Positions 61,699 to 64,000 of a DNA stretch of 64,000 nucleotides are shown piece after piece. The stretch comes from Candidatus Bathyarchaeota archaeon (GTDB taxonomy: Archaea > Thermoproteota > Bathyarchaeia > TCS64), in assembly GCA_963769425.1 (NCBI GenBank), contig CAVYLP010000002.1, positions 134,204-198,203 on the forward strand, written 5' to 3'. Within the stretch, counting starts at the first letter, position 1. Each line of letters begins with the position of its first letter. Under the pieces are notes generated by a model that was given only the letters and a program-made list of their open reading frames with translations, did no database searches and was not told the DNA's origin. Both the position numbers and the translations under genes were made by a program.

Positions 61699-61967
61699 CC
61701 AGTTATCCCACCTTTCTACTAGATGATATTACTCTTCTCTGTGAGTCTATCCTAGATGGTCATAAGAGTATATTTCAAGTAAATGGATTCTTGAATCATT
61801 GTTTTTTCTTATAAAGATCTTAAACTTTTACTTATAGTATACATTTAATTCATAATAAAGATGCGGGAGTTTACCACATTACTTTATTCATTTTATCAAT
61901 AGAGTTTCATACACCAGATAAGTAGGTAATCTGGACAACAGATAGTTGATAAAATGTCGTCCCTTCT

Positions 61968-62402
61968 CTACGGGTTGACCTGTACTCGAAGGCCCAACCC
62001 TTTAACGGCGTTCACGAAATCATGGTAGCTGAGCTCAGCACCGCAGGTTTCACTCAACTTTTCCAGCTCATCAACGAGGCTGTTCTTCACTACTTTGCAT
62101 GGCCTCGCCCCGAGTTTCTTTACGAGCCGGTAGGCCTCCATCTGGTCTACTTTCGCATCTACACCTAGTCGCTTGACTGAGAAGCGTGTCGTGACGCACT
62201 CCACTGAACAAACGCATATTCTGTAACTCGCTTCCCCTAGCCGATGGACGTATATGAGGACGTTCTCATTCCCCGTATCCAGAGGTGCTCCCTGTCTCTA
62301 GTAGATGCATCGCCTGTTCTGTGCTCTTGAGACCCTTAACTTTTAACAATTTGATCTTAGCCACCCGTTGATGATCCCCACCGACTCGGGGATGTGAATC
62401 AT
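61968..62402 (-). pseudogene. Disrupted hypothetical protein
   Basis: Protein-like C-terminal frame (DTGNENVLIYVHRLG...) preceded by a stop and frameshift. Confidence 0.35.
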
Positions 62403-62806
62403 CTCAGCCCCCAACCTATTTACCCATTCCCCTCATATGATGCTGTAAGTGTTCTTCATTTCATTTATTCAATAGATTTCCCCGTAATTTTCGTAACTGA
62501 ATATGATGGCACCCCCCAATAACTATCATAGAGGATCAATTTCCTGACTATCACGCGCGGATTGGAGACCAAGGCGTTTCCTGGAATTGTTTAGGATTTG
62601 TGGTCAATAAGAGATAAATAGTCTCTATTCCAAATAATATTTGATGTTCTATGACGGATGAGGAGATTAAATTGGCTCTTTTTGGAGTAGGAATGACGAT
62701 GGCCTTTCTCGGTTTGAGGTTTTTCCTGAGCTGGGATGACACGAAAATAAAGTTTAACATACGTCATAAAAATTAACGATTTCACTTCGTTCTTAATCGC
62801 GGTGCC

Positions 62807-63007
62807 AAGACTGGTACAGGTATCGCTGAGGAGTAAAAAGAGCGTATCTTCTCCCCTCTTTACACCTCAAAGCCTGGTGGGATGGGTTTGGGGCTAACCT
62901 ATAGTAAGAGAGCGGTTGAGGCTCATGGTGGTTCGATTACATTTAAAACAGGTGTGAGTTTAGGAACGACCTTTACCATCAAAGTACCCGCCCTCAGAGA
63001 TAGCTAA
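62807..63007 (+). pseudogene. Histidine kinase HATPase_c C-terminal remnant
   Basis: TGTGIAEE*KERIFSPLYTSKPGGMGLGLTYSKRAVEAHGGSITFKTGVSLGTTFTIKVP with an internal TAA and no N-terminal part. Confidence 0.85.
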
Positions 63008-63209
63008 GAATTCACGTTTCCGTGCTCGTGATACAGTAACTACCGTCTATGGGAGGCATAACTTCATCGAAAAATAAATTTGTAATTAAAGATGTAGAGC
63101 ACAGTTTATATAAAAAAAGGGGTTGCACAAGTTATTTTCTAATCCTCGGCACTTTGTTGAGTACCTATCGACTCAGAAAATTACAGGCCAAATTTGCGCT
63201 TATGCACGT

Positions 63210-64000
63210 TTAACGATGAGAATCTATTTTTTGTTTTTTAGGTCTTGCTAGATGAGCAGAATTTTTTATATAACCTTCACTGCCCGCCTCTTCGTCTGAA
63301 AAGATTCGGGGTGACAACGGTAAAGTCACCGTGAAAGAGGTGCCCTCACTCACTCTGGATTCAAACGTGATCCTTCCCCCATGAGCCTCTATGATCTGCT
63401 TGCATATGGCGAGTCCTAGACCGGTCCCCTCCGATTTCGTGGTGTAGAATGGGGTGAACAGGCTATGGGCAACATCATCAGGTATTCCCTGACCCGTGTC
63501 CCCAATTGTTAGTATCGCCATCTCCTCAGCTGCTTCGACTCTAACCGACAATTTGCCGCCACCAGGCATCGCCTCGACCGCGTTCTTTAACAAGTTATCG
63601 ATAACGCGTCTAATCTTGTAAGAGTCTGCTTCACCGAGCACAGGGGCACCATACCTTGCGTTAACATTGATCGAGGTGGGGATTTTTACATCCTCAAGGC
63701 AGTTCTTAACCAGGTCGTTGTATTCCAGTTTCTCTAGTTTTAGCTGCGGTAGACTCATCATCGTTTTTAGGTCGTCGAGTATTTTTGCTGCGTGCTCGAC
63801 CCCGGCATCGATCTTACTTGTGTACTCTTCTGCTCCGGTGAATCTTCTTCTTAGAAGATACGAGGCGTTTTGTATCCTCTGTAGAGGTGTCCTCAGGTCG
63901 TTGCGCACCATGCTAACTATCTTTTCGGCGCCACCCATCAGTTCCCTCGCTTTCTCCTCATCCTGCTTCCTCAGCTTATCCAATTCACGGATTCTGTATA
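63210..64000 (-). CDS. Histidine kinase (HisKA-HATPase) with His-to-Asn H-box; 5' part probably outside the window
   Basis: SMVRNDLRTPLQ, NLLKNAVEAM, DTGQGI, FYTTK, GTGLGL; the frame is open to the window edge. Confidence 0.88.
   Translation of the reverse strand, partial: YRIRELDKLRKQDEEKARELMGGAEKIVSMVRNDLRTPLQRIQNASYLLRRRFTGAEEYTSKIDAGVEHAAKILDDLKTMMSLPQLKLEKLEYNDLVKNCLEDVKIPTSINVNARYGAPVLGEADSYKIRRVIDNLLKNAVEAMPGGGKLSVRVEAAEEMAILTIGDTGQGIPDDVAHSLFTPFYTTKSEGTGLGLAICKQIIEAHGGRITFESRVSEGTSFTVTLPLSPRIFSDEEAGSEGYIKNSAHLARPKKQKIDSHR

Overview
Archaeal genomic window, most consistent with Bathyarchaeia/TACK (inferred from TFE, Trm56, aCPSF1/FttA, proteasome beta, EgsA, Cdc48, FEN1 and a PGY-type C-terminal sorting signal). 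GC-rich core blocks (about 1-4.2 kb and 11.4-26.3 kb) alternate with lower-GC accessory blocks (about 4.2-11.4 kb and 26.3-64 kb). The accessory blocks carry many two-component proteins, cell-surface and membrane genes, a MoxR-DUF58-DUF4350-DUF4129 operon and catabolic hydrolases. There are two tRNAs, Glu-CTC and Cys-GCA. I saw no CRISPR array, integrase or transposase. The most notable observations are: (1) a stand-alone 441-aa protein whose N-terminus resembles clostridial P47/TULIP lipid-binding proteins; (2) a phased array of nine TTCC-N8-GGAA palindromes with about 21-bp period; (3) an exact 87-bp duplication of the tRNA-Glu promoter plus 5' half, bracketing a 1.6-kb islet; (4) a 767-bp tandem duplication with almost only synonymous differences, probably a two-strain chimera; (5) a set of degenerate two-component proteins (Asp-less receiver, His-to-Asn kinase, output-less REC-PAS-GAF); (6) a cytochrome b561-like/Mo-oxidoreductase fusion. 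Several single-base frameshifts, one in the essential egsA, indicate that assembly errors are likely. All family calls come from motif recognition by eye, not from database searches.
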